A stretch of 64,000 bases of DNA from Blasia pusilla. Its lineage: Eukaryota. Position 1 is the first letter of the stretch; every line of letters starts with the position of its first letter. Position numbers and translations under genes: made by a program. This document shows, piece by piece, positions 40,201-53,882 of this stretch. The stretch is from positions 23,126,001-23,190,000 of the forward strand of contig CM114271.1 of NCBI GenBank assembly GCA_050084515.1. The letters are read 5' to 3'. The notes beneath the pieces were generated by a model that worked only from the letters and a program-made list of their open reading frames with translations, had not been told where the DNA came from and made no database searches.

Positions 40201-41188
40201 GAGTTGTTTCTCCTCAGCAGCCTTGATCTCGCCCTGTCCAGGGATTCTAAGCAGTTGTTCACAAATTTGTGATGTTGTTGTTAACTTGATCACTCCGGGC
40301 TTTGATCCCGGAGAGTTTTTATAGACCTCGGCTACTTTCTTTGCCACATCCTTCTTGATGTGTCTCTAAATTGCACCGGTCACAAGATGAGTGTGGGAGC
40401 CAAGATGAACTGCCAGCCTTGTGTACTCTGACATAAAACTGAAGTGATGGACAATGAAAAATATGTATGCAGGACATGCTCCAACGCAGAAAGGGGATGC
40501 CTGACAATGCATTCTTGGGGGATTGCAACGTATTGACTTGCCCATTGCGTTCTAGATCCAGGCATGTTGGACTTCTACACTCCAAGGCTCCAACGCATTG
40601 GCGGCGGGAGACAATCCAAGGACCATCTGGAATTGAAGCACTAGTCCGTTGAAGCCATCGATGACAATCAGACTTTCTGTCCATACCCTTTAAGCGCCCT
40701 CCATCTTTCTTTTGAGTAGGAACAGCAAGTGGAGGAAACTCAAAAATGCAATTACCATCGTACGTGGGCGGCAACTTGTCGACAAGAATGTGCTTGAAAA
40801 TTTTCAAGGGCAGAGACGATAGCAAACTATTGCCTGATACTCGGAAGAGAAACGAGTAGGCGGAGAGAGGGCCCGGTTGGTGTCCGACAGATCCACTGAG
40901 GTTGACGACATCCGGAATGTCTTCAAGAAGTACAGCATTATTACGAACGTGTGAAGTTGGAGTCGATGCCGGATCTACTGAGCTAGGAGTTGCAAATGTA
41001 GAGCTCGGTGCATTGGGAAATTCTCGACCGTCTACTTGGGAAACAGACGAATTCAGAGGCAAGCCGTAAACTCTGTATTGACCATTTGTTAGAGGTAGGA
41101 GATTCCATACTTTACGGTCTACAATCACTGGCTGGACTGTCTCACCTATAATTTCCTCCATACCATCCATCCTAACATCCTTGGACAC
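37290..41188 (-). pseudogene. MULE-type transposase: N-terminal WRKY/GCM-like Zn domain, DDE core and SWIM finger; disrupted
   Basis: LPPTYDGNCIFEFPP...QCVGALECRSPTC (40319-41188); WVSFDICYRV...FMADNAQPGWIAIREV...DAFHWQQS (39343-40155); TCSCDDF...YKHMYYV SWIM-like motif (37290-38039). Confidence 0.75.
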
Positions 41189-41744
41189 AAAGATGGTTCC
41201 AATTTGGAGAAGAAATCGAACTGAGAGAAAATTTTCATCCTTGGTATGAAAGACTCACGAGCTTGTGGTCGACCTATTTCTGATTGAGGAAGGGCCGCTA
41301 GATGACTTCCACAAGTGAGCTTCACATAAGATTCCCATTCCCTTAAGATTCCACCGGGAGGAGACTGAGATTAAGAATAAGAATAAGAATGAGAATGAGA
41401 ATGTTTAAGTCATAGTGAATAGGGACTCAAATTCTCCTAACAGAATTTGACTAATAAGATGTTGTTTGGTAGGTGAGATTGTTTGACGGAATGGATTCAA
41501 TCTTGTTGCAACTTGTCGGAGTTCGATGGGTTGTAGAATTTTGGAATTAGAGACGTGGGTTGTGAAGCTCGCAGTTCCATTTTCTGTTAGTGTCCCAATG
41601 CAAGTTGCAATCCGTCGGAGTCCGTTGGGTTGGTACCCCCTTCTTGTCTGACCAATATGATTTGAGTCAAGATTTCTAGCATCAAACACAAGACATCGCA
41701 TGCATTTGCTATGGAAATCCGTTGGGGACTGTTACAGGATTGTC

Positions 41745-42265
41745 CAACTCAGCGTAGACCTTGTAACCCTTCGGAGGGCAACAGGTTGCCTCGGAACTAT
41801 GCTTTGTCGCATTGTTACCCGAGGGATTGAAAAGCGTGCAACCTGTCGATATCCGACGGGTTTCCGGTATCTCTCCTATTACCCCAAGATGAGGGAAGCA
41901 TGGAACCCATCGACCTTCGACGGGTTGCGTGGGTACCTCGCCTTACAACGCCAACATGAAGGAAGCGTGAAACCCGTTGGTCTCCGACGAGTTGCGCGGG
42001 TACCTCGCCTTGTTATCCCAAGATGAGGGAAGCGTGCAACCCCCCAGTCTCCGACGGGTTGTGTGGGTACCTTGCGTTGTTACCCCAAGATGGGGGAGGC
42101 GTGCAACCCCCGGGTCTCCGATGGGTTGCGCGCATACCCCGCGTTGTTACCCAAAGACGAGGAGGTGCGCAACTTGTCGGTCTCCAACATGTTGCCATGG
42201 GTAGCTCGGCTTGTTACCCAGGAGGACGGATGCGTGCAACCCGTCGGAGTCCTTTGGGTTGGCCG
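41745..42265. repeat. About 67-bp tandem array (about 8 diverged units), each with an imperfect palindrome
   Basis: Unit is approximately GTTACCCCAAGATGAGGGAAGCGTGCAACCCnnnnGTCTCCGACGGGTTGCGCGGGTACCTCGCCTT. A TATAAATA lies at 42354. Confidence 0.85.
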
Positions 42266-42709
42266 GGTTTTCACGTCCAAAGTTCCATAACGGCCGACAC
42301 GTTGCCGTCGGTACGACGGTGCAACCCAACGGTCAGCTCAACGACTCAAAAAGTATAAATACCCGAGGTTTCGCTCATTTCTGTTTTTCGTTTCGCGATT
42401 TCATGTGCTCTTTCGCGCATCATCTGACTAGATACCAAGGGGAGTGAGGAGGGTGAGGGCGCTTCATCACGAAACGTAAAGAGAGTTGGGTCTAGGATCA
42501 CGACGATTCATCGCGAGACGATTCGAGCGAATTTTCGTGCATAGAAAGAGACTAGACTGTCGAGGAGGAAGCATTGACGGGAACCATGACAAGGAAAAAA
42601 ATGCAAGCAAGCAAGGTAGGGAGCATCACTACCAAGTCCATGAGGACTCCTGCATCACCATCTCCAGGGCCTTGTTCGGCCCATGAGATAAGGCAGCAAT
42701 AGACAGGCT

Positions 42710-43586
42710 TTGAAGAAAAGAGTCTCCGACAAGAAACCTGAAAAAAAGCGTATGGACGCGTCCATGAGGAGAGCAGATTTGGCAAAAGCTCGAAGGAAAA
42801 AAATGATTGCCATTAAAGAAAGCCCTACCCATCCAACAGAGAGTGTTAAGATGCTGGAAATGTCCCCGATGAAGTCTAGGGACACCATGAATATAAAATC
42901 AGCTGAGGAAACGGCCGAAGTTCAAGTGACGGACGATGAGGTCATGAGGACCGCAAGCGTGGAGATGGTGGACATCTGTGGAGAAGCAAGAGAACAATCT
43001 TCCTCGTCCTTGAGCCCGGCGGAAGAAATAGACCTTTATCGGATCGATGAGTTTCCTGTGGACTTGCGAGCTGCTGTCCCAGAGCAGTTGGCGGGCCAAG
43101 ACACCGACCCAATCTTTGAGCGGGTAAGAAACGTTTGAGTTATGTGAAGGCCCATGATGCAATTCATTGGCAAAACAGTGTAGTTTATTGACTTGGTCCC
43201 CATGGTGGCAGGTTGTTAAGCAAATGGCTCTGGTGGAGGGCCAGAACGCCCCGAGAATTCCACTTTGTCGATTGCGGACAATGGAGTACATCCACAAAAT
43301 TTAGTTTGAGGAGGATATTGCAAAGATGAAACAATCGGCAATCACAGCATCCTACGTCGATAGCTTCCCTCCGTTCTATGTTCAGCCTTACAATGAACAT
43401 GGAACCCAAGCGCCGGTGACGGAAGAGGACTTGGAAGCGCTCGATACATTCTGGAGGATGAGAGATCAGGAGTTCAGAAGAGCGATTGAGGTGACTCAAT
43501 TTAGCTGGATGCGGAAGCTTTACTTCTTATCTGGGATGGAAACCTCAGGTACATGGCATGGACCCAGTTTGCAGAGGAGCGCCTAA
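42710..43586 (+). CDS. Accessory gene of the MULE-like element, unknown function (fragmented or spliced)
   Basis: ORFs 42710-43138 (basic NLS-like N-terminus, acidic middle) and 43326-43586. They lie downstream of the TATA box and run divergently from the transposase. Confidence 0.4.
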
Positions 43587-43649
43587 ATTCATTGGAGGCG
43601 CATTTTTGCGTGAAGGCAGCCGTGCTCCATCCATTCCCTCATCACATGG

Positions 43650-44800
43650 CAACGATGGAAAGCCTTGAAGAGTGAATAAAATAAGATCATCATCTTCTGT
43701 TATCACTCCAATGCTATTCAACTGATCAACAATATGTCTGATACTCAAAATATAATCATTGATGCTCTACGGTCCTTTCCTCGCTTCGTTCAATTGCTGT
43801 TTCAATTGAAGCTTTCTGGCCTTTGTAGATGTCTGGAACAACTTTTCCAATGCATCCCAGGTCTCCTTTGGAATATCAACATCTTAGATGTGACCTATCA
43901 TTGGCGAACTGATCGTTATTGAAATGTAGTGGATTACTTGTCTTGCGCGTATGTTCCAAGCGCGAACATTCAAGTCTATTGAGTCACCTTCTGGCTTGGC
44001 CTCATCACCTGTGACAAGCTCCCATAGTTCTTGACCCATGAGGAATTTTTTCATGCGAAAATTCGAGACATTGTAATTCTGCTTGACTAGCTTCTCGCGT
44101 GTGATTGTTGTTGAGGAATACTCCATGATAAATGATTTCACTCACAAAAATGTAATTTCAGGCTTTCTACTACTCCAATTGAAGCATAGACCAATCCTAC
44201 ACAAGAATCGGCCTGAAATTTTCCAAAATTGATCAATTGTATGAAAGAACTAGTCGAAATTGGCCTGTAGAGAGCAATATGCACAACTTTTCTTCACTAA
44301 TTGCACTTTCCTACACTGAAATTGCTAATGCATGAGCTCGTAGTGTCAGAATCGAGCGATTTAGGGTGCGTTGGAAAGCTCTCAACAATCTCTATAAGAC
44401 GGCTACACAAGTCTTTTGCATTATTCTAGCTAACGCGGACGTAGACGGTTAAATCGACCGGGAAAGCCCTCAAAAACGCCTCTAAAGTTTTATCACCGTC
44501 AAAGCTCCACCTGAAATCTGCACCCATTGAGCTCTGAATAAAATTTCCTTCTCCCAAATTGAAATTGTGCCTTCTCTTGACTCTCTTCTCTCTTCAGACA
44601 CCAAGAATTTCAAGTGATGTTCTCCTCCCGCTCTGATACTATGTGGAAAACTGCTAAACAACCATATTTGGTGGAAAACGGCTCTCACACATACACACCA
44701 CCATGGTGAACAAAATTTGCAATGAGAGAAATTGAGTGGAGGCTGGTCCTCTTCTCAATTATATAGGGTATGTACAAGCAACCCTAACCCTACCCTTAAC
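43650..44800 (-). mobile_element. Ty1/Copia 5' fragment (LTR end, PBS, gag), decayed
   Basis: KLVKQNYNVSNFRMKKFLMGQELWELVTG and IVDQLNSIGVITEDDDLILFTLQG are Copia gag motifs. The LTR ends CA at 44642, next to the PBS. Confidence 0.85.
44630..44641 (-). promoter_or_regulatory. tRNA-iMet primer binding site of the Copia element
   Basis: Minus strand TAGTATCAGAGC differs by one base from canonical TGGTATCAGAGC and directly follows ...TTCCACA. Confidence 0.85.
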
Positions 44801-45542
44801 CATAGTCTCGAGTTATGGGGGGGGCGCACCGCCTTAGGCGCACCTCCCACCTTGGGGGAAGGCGCGCATAGGGCCAACCTCCGCGACCCGGCCGCCTCCT
44901 GCTCTTTCCCCATCCACCCGCTTGCATACACTTGACGTCACACCGCGCGCTACCTCCGAGTGTTGTCCCACGTCACCTTGCACCAAAGAAATCTATGAAA
45001 ATGGACAGCGCTTCCGCGCACGGCCTTTTGAACACAAAAAAATGACCAATACAACGCCAACCAGCGTCTCTGGGGGCTCCCCACCGAGGAAACTCGCTTG
45101 CCTACCTACAAACAACAAATTCCCACTAGCCCCTTGACAACTTTCTCATGTAAAATAAAGAGTAGTAAAAATGGCGCACCCGGCCTAAAACTCCACTCCT
45201 CAATCTACATCGGCATATCGAGCCTCGTCCACCCTGTGCTATCAAGGAATCCGGACGCTAGCACCCTAGTCTTATCTCATACACATACAAGAGAGGTGCT
45301 CTAATGGCCTAACATGAGAAAGATGGCTTAGGAAAGCCATCCTTCTCTCTTATATAGGGTTGGAAGAGCCAAAAGGCTCTTCTTCTAAAAGTAGCCATCC
45401 CCTTGGTAACATGGGCGCATAGGTTACCAAGGGTGGATGACCTGGTCAACAAGTCACCCGGCTGTGAAAGACTTCAATAGTCCGCTGGCTCCTACGCCCT
45501 ATCCACGATAGATCTCGGTCTATCGGCTACTCGGATGTGACA
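44800..45542 (-). repeat. LTR (45149-45542) plus 5' leader of the Gypsy-DNMT family
   Basis: Reverse complement matches 402-~1300, with a deletion of about 90 bp in the LTR. Confidence 0.85.
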
Positions 45543-45543
45543 A

Positions 45544-47710
45544 TGTACATTGAGACCGCACAACAAAATCAAAGTAAAAATGGCTCATCGAACTAAAACT
45601 CCACTCTAGAACACTATATCGGTATATCGAGCCTCATCCACTCTGCTATGAGGGAATCCGGATGCTAGCACCCTAGTTCCTACATGCACACGCAAGAGAG
45701 GCGCTCTTGAGGCCCAACATGGGAAAGATGGCTTGGGAAATCCATCTCTTCCTCTCTTATAACCTTGAACCAAAAGGCTCTTCCCCGCAAAAATAGCCTC
45801 CAAATGGTAATCTGCTAGCCCAAGTTATCGGGTGATCGTTGACTTGGTCAACGTGTCACTTGGCCAAAAATAGCAAAGAAGGAAAATATCGTCATAAGTC
45901 ATATTCCCGACGTAACAAACTAGTCGTCAACCTCATGTGACATCTTAGCACGAAGTTACACTCAAACCTCCCACTGACCCCTATGTCGTCGACGCGGTAG
46001 AACTCTACTTATCGGCTAACTAAGTTGTGAAAATTTTCATGCGTATACACATCGCTCGTCACATCCATACCACAAAACACCGATCTTCCCAACATACGAG
46101 TAAATTCACACACATACAAGAAATGAACTCATGCATGTCCATCGAGACCACACAACCGCCCCCCTAGTAGGCAGTTGGGTCCCGCTAACTCCAAATAGCA
46201 CACACATATTGACGTGACATGATCTCCTACCCTATACACAGCTAGGACATAGCCATCAACCCGTGGAAATTGCATCAAGATGGGGTTTCAGACACGACAT
46301 CTACCACCCTTGAAAACAGCCATCACACACTAACATTTTTGTTGCACCCCTCAAGCCTACATGTACCACTTCCAAGCTCAAATCTACTGTCTCATCCACG
46401 TTTGGAAGATGATATGGCAACCGCTTGCGCACATGATCCTTCCAAACCATACAATCTCGTCCTCCAATATGAGACTCCGGTCGGTAACACCTCGCACACA
46501 TGCAAAATCGTGCGCTCTGCAATGACATCTAACGTCGTGGGTGCCGCCGGTTATAAATACACATAATCTCCGATATAGAACTTCCTAATCCTTGGACGAT
46601 AATCTCCTCCACGAATGATCACGTACCTCAATGTATCCCTATGTTGAGCAATAGGTAAGTTCTCAAATCCCATGGGCATAACTCTCCAAAAAATCTCTGC
46701 CCTTTGAGAACATGCTTGTACCCACACATCCGCATCATCAAGATTCAACATCTAACGCTGAATAGCTAAAGGTAAATCTTGTTCTCTCCCATAGAGCAAA
46801 AAGTAGGGTGAAAACAGCGCCAAGGATGCGTGCTGACTGAAGTGACAACCCATAGCCAACCATAGCAACTGTAGGTCCCACTCCCTCAAATGTCCTCGCT
46901 GCAAGCTATACTTGACTAACCCTCTCTTCACCATCTGTATTGCTCTCTCGGCCAACCCATCCGCCTCATGATGATCTCTGGACATGGGGCGGTGATCTAT
47001 TAGTACCTGATCACACAAGGCCTGAAAATCTCCCCTGAACTCGGTACCCTAGTTAGTAAACACCTCCATTGGTGCACCAAAATGACTAAGCATACGATCT
47101 AGAAACGCATACGTTGCTCCCTTGTTGGCCTTGTCTGGTAGTGCCACCAAATCTATCCACTTGGAGAAATGCTCCATCATCACCAACATGTATCTATGAT
47201 GACATCCGTCAATGGCAAAGATCTTGCGAAGTCTAGACTCCGCCGATAACCTACACCCAGAATCTCCGAAGGATGCAGATACGGAGTGGGAGCATTGAAT
47301 AATTCTCGCACTTTATCACATACCATACACCTGGCTACAAATTACTGAACCTCAGTATGCATGTCGTGCCACCAATATTGAACCTGGAGTAAGTTGTAAA
47401 TACGCTTTACACCAAATGCCCCAACTTCTCATGGGCATGTCACACTACACATCCTCGCTCGGAAGGATGAGGCACCACTTGCACCCTACCATCTCCCTAT
47501 CCCATAAAATGTGTGTCTCCTCCCACCTTAACCTCTTGGCTCTCTGTAGGATTCAATCCTGCTCCCTAGCACTCACTAAGTCATTGTGCTTGCTATCGTG
47601 CCAGTCCTTGGGAATTCCACAACATCCACATCGTCATGGATATCACGACTACCTGTCGCCTCCTCACTGACCTCCAGATATGGATACTCATCCTCGAAGT
47701 CATCATCTGA
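45544..47710 (-). mobile_element. Gypsy family copy D: integrase, PHD remnant, 3' UTR and diverged 3' LTR (~45544-46032)
   Basis: Minus ORFs 46752-47018, 46551-46751 and 46301-46528 match the copy B integrase and PHD (AIQMVKRGL, IAQHRDTLRY, WKDHVR, KMLVCDGCFQGW). The MTase region is not included in this fragment. Confidence 0.85.
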
Positions 47711-48329
47711 CCCCACCAGTTATGAGAGTAGCATATTGAACAAAAATGAACAAGTCCGTCCCTAGGACAAACATGGACGATCAAGTCTGGATATGTTCAT
47801 GGACATGGATTGCAAGAGGTAGGGCCCATACCTATAGTTCATGATGGAAGGTAGGGCAAGGAGAGTGGGTAATCAGGGGGGAGAAAGTGGGGGTGGAAGG
47901 AGGAAGAAACAGGAAACTATGGAACACATAGGCAAGTGGGGGGGTTGAGAAAGAAGAGGAAGGTGGGGCGCACAAGGACAAGGAGGAAAGATCAGTCATA
48001 GAGAGGTTGTGGCCCAATGGAGGCGTTGGGGGTTTCGAGGGGATGATTGGGAACCTCTTCATAGTGAGTTCGTGGCTTGAGCCAAAGGTAGAACTTCACG
48101 TTGTTTCCAACTAATCATTTTGTAGCACCCAAATTTCAACAATCTAGAACATTAGGACATGCTCACGTGTACTCATGAGCCGCACATGCTCTTCACCCTA
48201 TGGATATTGTGCCTCAAATAGTTGATACTATGGATGGCCCCAAGGGGCTATATCATTGCCTAATGGTCGACATTCCGGCTATTGTATGTGACTTCCATCC
48301 CAATACGGTTGTCTCCTTGGACATGTCCC

Positions 48330-48850
48330 TCTTAACACAAGCGTTGCGACCTTCTCCACGGATTGCTTTTGGAGATTTTTGTGGTATGGTGTTCAAACAT
48401 CTTTGGGGTTGCTTTCTTCTAGAGGATTTCACTAGTGACTTTTCCAAGTTACTCTAGTTGCCTCTTAAATAGCTTCGGATATTTTTGGAAACAATGAACC
48501 AAGTATTGGGGTTGGGCAACTTTTGGCGCTTTCCAAGAAGGTTGGAGAGATTTTTCTGATTGCCATATATGAGGTGCTCTTGAGGTTGGTGAGCAAAACT
48601 ATCGCTATAAAATTTTGTGAGTCTTTTCAATCACATGTAATTCCACATCAGTTTGTAGTTGCCACCCGAATGTGAGACGATTGCATTAGTTTGAGGGATT
48701 CTTTTGATATACATCAAGAATGGATGGTCCTTCGAGTGGAAGTGGAAAACACCTTCAATTAAGTGTCTCATGCGGTTATCTTCTCGGAGTTGAGGGATGC
48801 AAGTGGCCCGATTATGAGCTTATTTTCCTTTTTGTGGGGTTTCTAAGGGG
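48330..48850 (+). pseudogene. CRE-like non-LTR reverse transcriptase N-terminal remnant
   Basis: Hand translation gives QLLALSKKVGEIFLIAIYEVLLRLVSK...PHQFVVATR...WMVLRVEVENTFN, a decayed LLAL.K..G.RPIA.GE / PHQFGV / D..NAFN pattern. Confidence 0.65.
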
Positions 48851-51079
48851 CCTCTCTGGCCCATTTCTGATTGCAATTTTGGAGTGTTCATCAATATTTT
48901 TTGCTCTGGCTTATTTCCACATTATTCTCTCTGTGGTGGAGGCCTTTCTAAATTCTATTTTCCCCTCACAAGAAAGTATACTCATCTATAACGAAGTCAT
49001 CAAGAATTTTTTGCGATAGTACCTATCGAGGATTTACTCTATGTTAATCATATTGAGCGAATAAATATCTCTACCAACATACATGGATCATCATACACAC
49101 AAGTCTAAGATCCATCTATTTATGAATCCTAAAAAATATTTACATGAACAATTTGGCCAATCCCAATAAATTTTGGTAGCTACTTCCGATCTTTCCCTCT
49201 TTCACTAGTGACTCAAAAGCTCAACCATGGTTAAGATGTGATGAATAGTACACACAAATCTATAACAAGGTATGGTCTCTCTCTACAATCCGACCCACCC
49301 TCGACCCAAGGGAATCCATGCATCACACGAGCTCTGTGCTCTAACGTGTCTATGAATGTGTGTGTATGAATAAAAGACAAAGGCTTAAACTGAGGTGTAT
49401 TTTACTTCTACACTCCTTAGTTATAGTCAATGGGTCTTCATAACTTTGGAGAGTTCCCTTGCGACTTATGAGGCGGACTCATGACATGGGAGACGCCACG
49501 TCTCCCATGGATGTTTCTTTAGGTGTAGCTATATCGCTTCTTAGTCGGTCTTGTTTTACTGGTTTTGAATGATTCAATAGTGTCGTTGTAGCCTTCTACC
49601 ATAGACACCACGCCCCCCTCCCACAGTAGAGAAGAAAGAGCATTTTTCATAGGGTTGGGCTGTTTAATAATAGAGAATAAGTCGCTTCGTTGTTGTCCAA
49701 TACAAAAGTGGACTCGAATTCACAAAGCTGGCAGCAAATTGGCAAAGCGTATCCCGTCCTAAGGCCACCCAAAGAGACATTGTACTCATCACCCTGTCTT
49801 ACGCCTGCATCTAGTCTAGAGACCAGACTGGAATGAATGAGGTGGAGAAGGGAGTAAGGAAAATACCATGCGAGAGGAGGAATCTGTTCCATGGTGTGAT
49901 GGACGAAGAAGTCAACAGAGTAGCATGTGACCGAGATGGGAGACCTTCACATAGTGAATGTTAAAACTGAATGTTAGCCATACGAAATGTTGACGCGGAG
50001 CTTCGGAACTATTATTCAAGAAATTGTGTTCCGGACTATCTTCTTCAGGTGATTGGAATCCCCCAAAGTGGATAGATACAATGATAATAATAATAATAAT
50101 AGATTTAGGGCGATGATATAGCTGATGTGGATAGATATAATGATAATGATAATAATAATAATAGATTTAGGGCGATGATATAGCTGTTGAACGCGAACAA
50201 CAGCATAGTAATTGCAGCGTTTGTGTCCGGAATTTAGTGTGCACACGGAAGAGTGACCGTCACGCCATCCACATTTAGAGAGACTACATTCATAAAGAGA
50301 TGGTTATCCAAGCCTTGCGCATATCAGAGATAGAAACTCTACTCATCCAGTGCCACGACAGCCATTACTTGGGATGGATGCACTAAGAGGAAGAAGTGAA
50401 GAGCAGGGGTATTGTTATCATATAGTGTGAGCGACGCCGATCCTAGAGGGTGTTGTGCCTAGATTCCAGGTATCAGCCAAGAAGCTCTTTGCAAGACAAT
50501 CGAACTTACCTGATTCAGATCTGCAATACTTGAAGGATTGAGATCCCCTAGACACATGGAGAGAGAGAGAGAGAGAGAGAGAGAATTAAGCCCTGAAATG
50601 AATCATAGACCTCGCATTCGAGAACGAGATGGATGCAGACGGACGCTCTCTCTCACAGTTTAAGCGCATATCAAATGAAATTTTAGTCCAGGACTCTTCA
50701 GAACGCAAAAGTGGCAGAAGTTTTCATTTGGACTTCCAAGAATAGAAAAGCAACAGATCTAAAAACATTCTACCCGCAGCACGATGCGCGTCTTAGCCTC
50801 AGAACCAAAGAACCAACGCGTGGTTGGACGACAGTAGTCACAGTTGTGGGACCGTGCGAAGGAATAAGTGCAAAGACTGCCGTTATGGGGGAGATGCTGT
50901 ATAGAGTGTGGTTGTTTCCTGTACTAGTGTGCAGTGATTGTCCCCCGTAGATGGTACTAGTATGCAGCTTCAACGTTTGAGCGAAGAAGCCCTTCACAAC
51001 ACCACCGATCTGTTTTATTGTTGGATCAAATTAGAGAATTAGATAGGGAAACCGCCGAACTTGGAGATCGGAGAACGCG

Positions 51080-53561
51080 ATGGCGGGGAACGATTTGCCG
51101 AAGGTCGAAGCAAATTACGCCGCATTGACTCCTCTGACCTTTCTACAGAGAACGGCAACAGTGTTTCCAGATCGGGAGTCAATAATCTATGGTCGTAGAC
51201 GTTTCACCTGGAAGCAGACGCTGGAGCGGTGTCTTCGCCTTGCCTCAGCGCTGGCGGCATCCTCTATTTCTGCAGGGGACACGGTGCGTACACAATGTCT
51301 CTTTCTCTTCAGATCCTACAGCAGAGATGTTGATACATTGCAGCCTGGAATCAAATTCTTATAGAGTAGAGCAGAGGAGATCCAGTCTTCGTTACACAAA
51401 AATAAAAGCATAGTTTGACTGCACCAAACAAATATACCGTGAATTTGCCATTAATTTAATCAGACCTCTATGGCCTAGACGTGAGTGCGGAAGACCAACG
51501 CAGTTGCTCTAATGCATAGAATGTTGCACGGAATTGGCGACGGAATTCGAATGTGTGGGCAGAGCATAAGGTCTTTGCATCCAGTCTCGTGTTAGCGGAT
51601 TCAACATTCACACTCTCAGTGGTAGTGGCTGTAGTTCTTCGGAAAGATTTCTCTCAGCTGTAAGTTTAGATTCTCAAGTAGAGTTTCCCCACGCTCGTAG
51701 AAACCGGTCCCCCTGCCATGCGTTGAAATCCCCAGAAGAGCTAACCAGTTAACGGCAGTCCAAATCGTTTTGGCAATAATGCACACAATCAAAAGAGGTG
51801 GATACAGTAGTATAGAATGGACGTGCAGTTCGTGAAACATTCCCGAGCATTGGAAGTGATGAAAAATGTCATATCTCTACTGAGCAATGCGTATCCAAGC
51901 GCAAGGGGTGAAGTTGTCAAACCTAATATCAGTGAGTGGAAATCTGCAGGTAGCTGTCGTAGCTCCCAATGTCCCTGCAATGTACGAACTTCACTTTGGA
52001 GTACCTATGGCAGGTGCCGTCCTAAATGCCATCAATGTGCGACTAGATGCACGGACTATGGCCATTCTCCTGGATCACTCAGACGCCAAACTTGTCCTTG
52101 TAGACACAGAATTCATCCCCGTAGTTCTAGAGGCTCTTCACATGGGACCCTACAGCCAACCATCGACCGCTAGGCCTGTTTTGGTGCACATCAAAGATGA
52201 AGAAGATCAAACTGTAGCAGCTCAAGTAAGAGCATGGAAGTTTGGAGAATTCTTGGAGTACGAGGATTTTCTGATTTCTGGAAACTCTAGCTTCCCGATT
52301 CGCTTTCCTGATGATGAATGGAGTACTATATCCATAAACTACACATCCGGCACAACAGCTCAACCCAAAGGTGTGGTGTTTCATCACAGAGGAGCTTACC
52401 TCAATGCACTTGCGTTGGCTTTGGACTGGGGCATGAAAATGGGACCAGTCTACTTGTGGACCTTACCAATGTTCCACTGCAATGGCTGGTGCTTTCCGTG
52501 GACTGTGGCTGCAATGGGAGGTACCAACATATGCTTGCGGAGCGTGACTGCCAAAGGCATATTTGCTGCTCTGGTGGAACACCAGGTGACACACATGTGT
52601 GGGGCTCCCGTAGTACTTACCATCATAGCCAATGCGCAGCAACACGAGAGAAGACAGGTGCCACAGAAGGTTGACATCATGACCGCAGCAGCACCTCCTC
52701 CAGCTGCAATCCTTGCAAAGATGGAATCGCTAGGTTTCACGATGACCCACTCTTACGGGCTGACTGAGAGTTACGGTCCCGTTGTGTCGTGTGTTTGGAA
52801 AGACGAGTGGAATGCTCTGCCTTTGGATGAACGAGCCAAGATGAAGGCACGTCAAGGTGTGGGTCACTTGGCGCTTTCTAATACAGACGTCATGGACCCC
52901 GACACTATGAGTCCTGTACCTCGTGACGGGAATACTATGGGTGAAGTGATGATGAAAGGGCATACCATAATGAAAGGCTACTTGAAGAACCAGCAAGCAA
53001 CAGAGGAGGCTTTCAAAGGAGGATGGTTTCATACAGGTGACGTCTGTTTCTCATTGTGTGTGCTTGCAGTACTTCGGACCTACTCTGAGTCGTGCTAAAC
53101 CTTAGAAATCAAGCAATCCAGCATTGAAACATGCCTGGTATGTCGTGTGCCGGATTACTGCAGGTGACTTGGGAGTGATGCATTCAGATGGATACATACA
53201 GCTCAAGGATCGTTCCAAGGACATCATAATCTCGGGAGGAGAAAATATAAGCAGTATTGAGGTGGAATCTGTCCTTTACCGCCATCCTCAAATCCTTGAG
53301 GCGGCAGTTGTGGCTCGTCCAGATGAATTTTGGGGTGAGAGCCCGTGTGCATTCGTCACTCTCAAAGAGCCAAGAGATGAAAATGTAATGGTTTCAGAGC
53401 AGAGCGTTATAGACTTCTGCAGAGCGAACTTGCCTCACTTCATGATTCCCCGAACTGTTGTGTTCCAAACTTTACCTAAAACCAGCACCGGAAAAGTGCA
53501 GAAGAACGTTCTTAGAGAGCGAGCCAAAACGCTTAACACCAGGCCCACGAGCAAGCTGTAG
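51080..53561 (+). CDS. Peroxisomal acyl-activating enzyme (AAE1/AAE7-type short-chain acyl-CoA ligase); exons 51080-51283, 51950-53036, 53164-53561; 562 aa
   Basis: [15 protein letters not shown]-binding [56 protein letters not shown], and a C-terminal PTS1 SKL. GT-AG introns keep the frame. Confidence 0.95.
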
Positions 53562-53882
53562 CTAGTATGAGATGGAAGAAAAATGGCACATCTTTACAGG
53601 AAATTTACTAGACATTAGCAGGAACTTGCGATTTGAAGGTAAAGAACGGATCAACGTGACGTGGAGTAGTCAGTTGGGAACTAATGAATTTGGTCTTCAT
53701 TATATAAACATCACCTATTATTGTGTGAGTTAAGTTCACACCTGTTATTAATTTGAAAACCCCTTCCTCCCCTTACATTTTTGCCTCCTACAGGTTTAGA
53801 CATAAGAAGTGGTTTAACAAGTAATGTGCCCTTTCACTACTGCCCTTTAACAGGTAATGTGCCCACAACGTTCATATAAAAC

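Larger units (their letters stand above)
36925..43590 (-). mobile_element. Mutator-like (MULE/SWIM) element with divergent accessory ORF; right end interrupted by Copia
   Basis: GA-rich end shared with 21928-22202, transposase pieces on the minus strand, and a recurrent TGCAACCCGTCGG/CCGACGGGTTGCA motif. Confidence 0.7.

Noticed and set aside
41745-42265. Palindromic repeat array resembling CRISPR
   Set aside because: The sequences between palindromes are themselves repeated rather than unique spacers, no cas genes are present, and the context is a eukaryotic TE.
50069-50188. Tandem duplication with AAT runs (similar short duplications at 5311-5390, 28358-28411 and 33009-33092)
   Set aside because: Ordinary local slippage duplications with no further structure.
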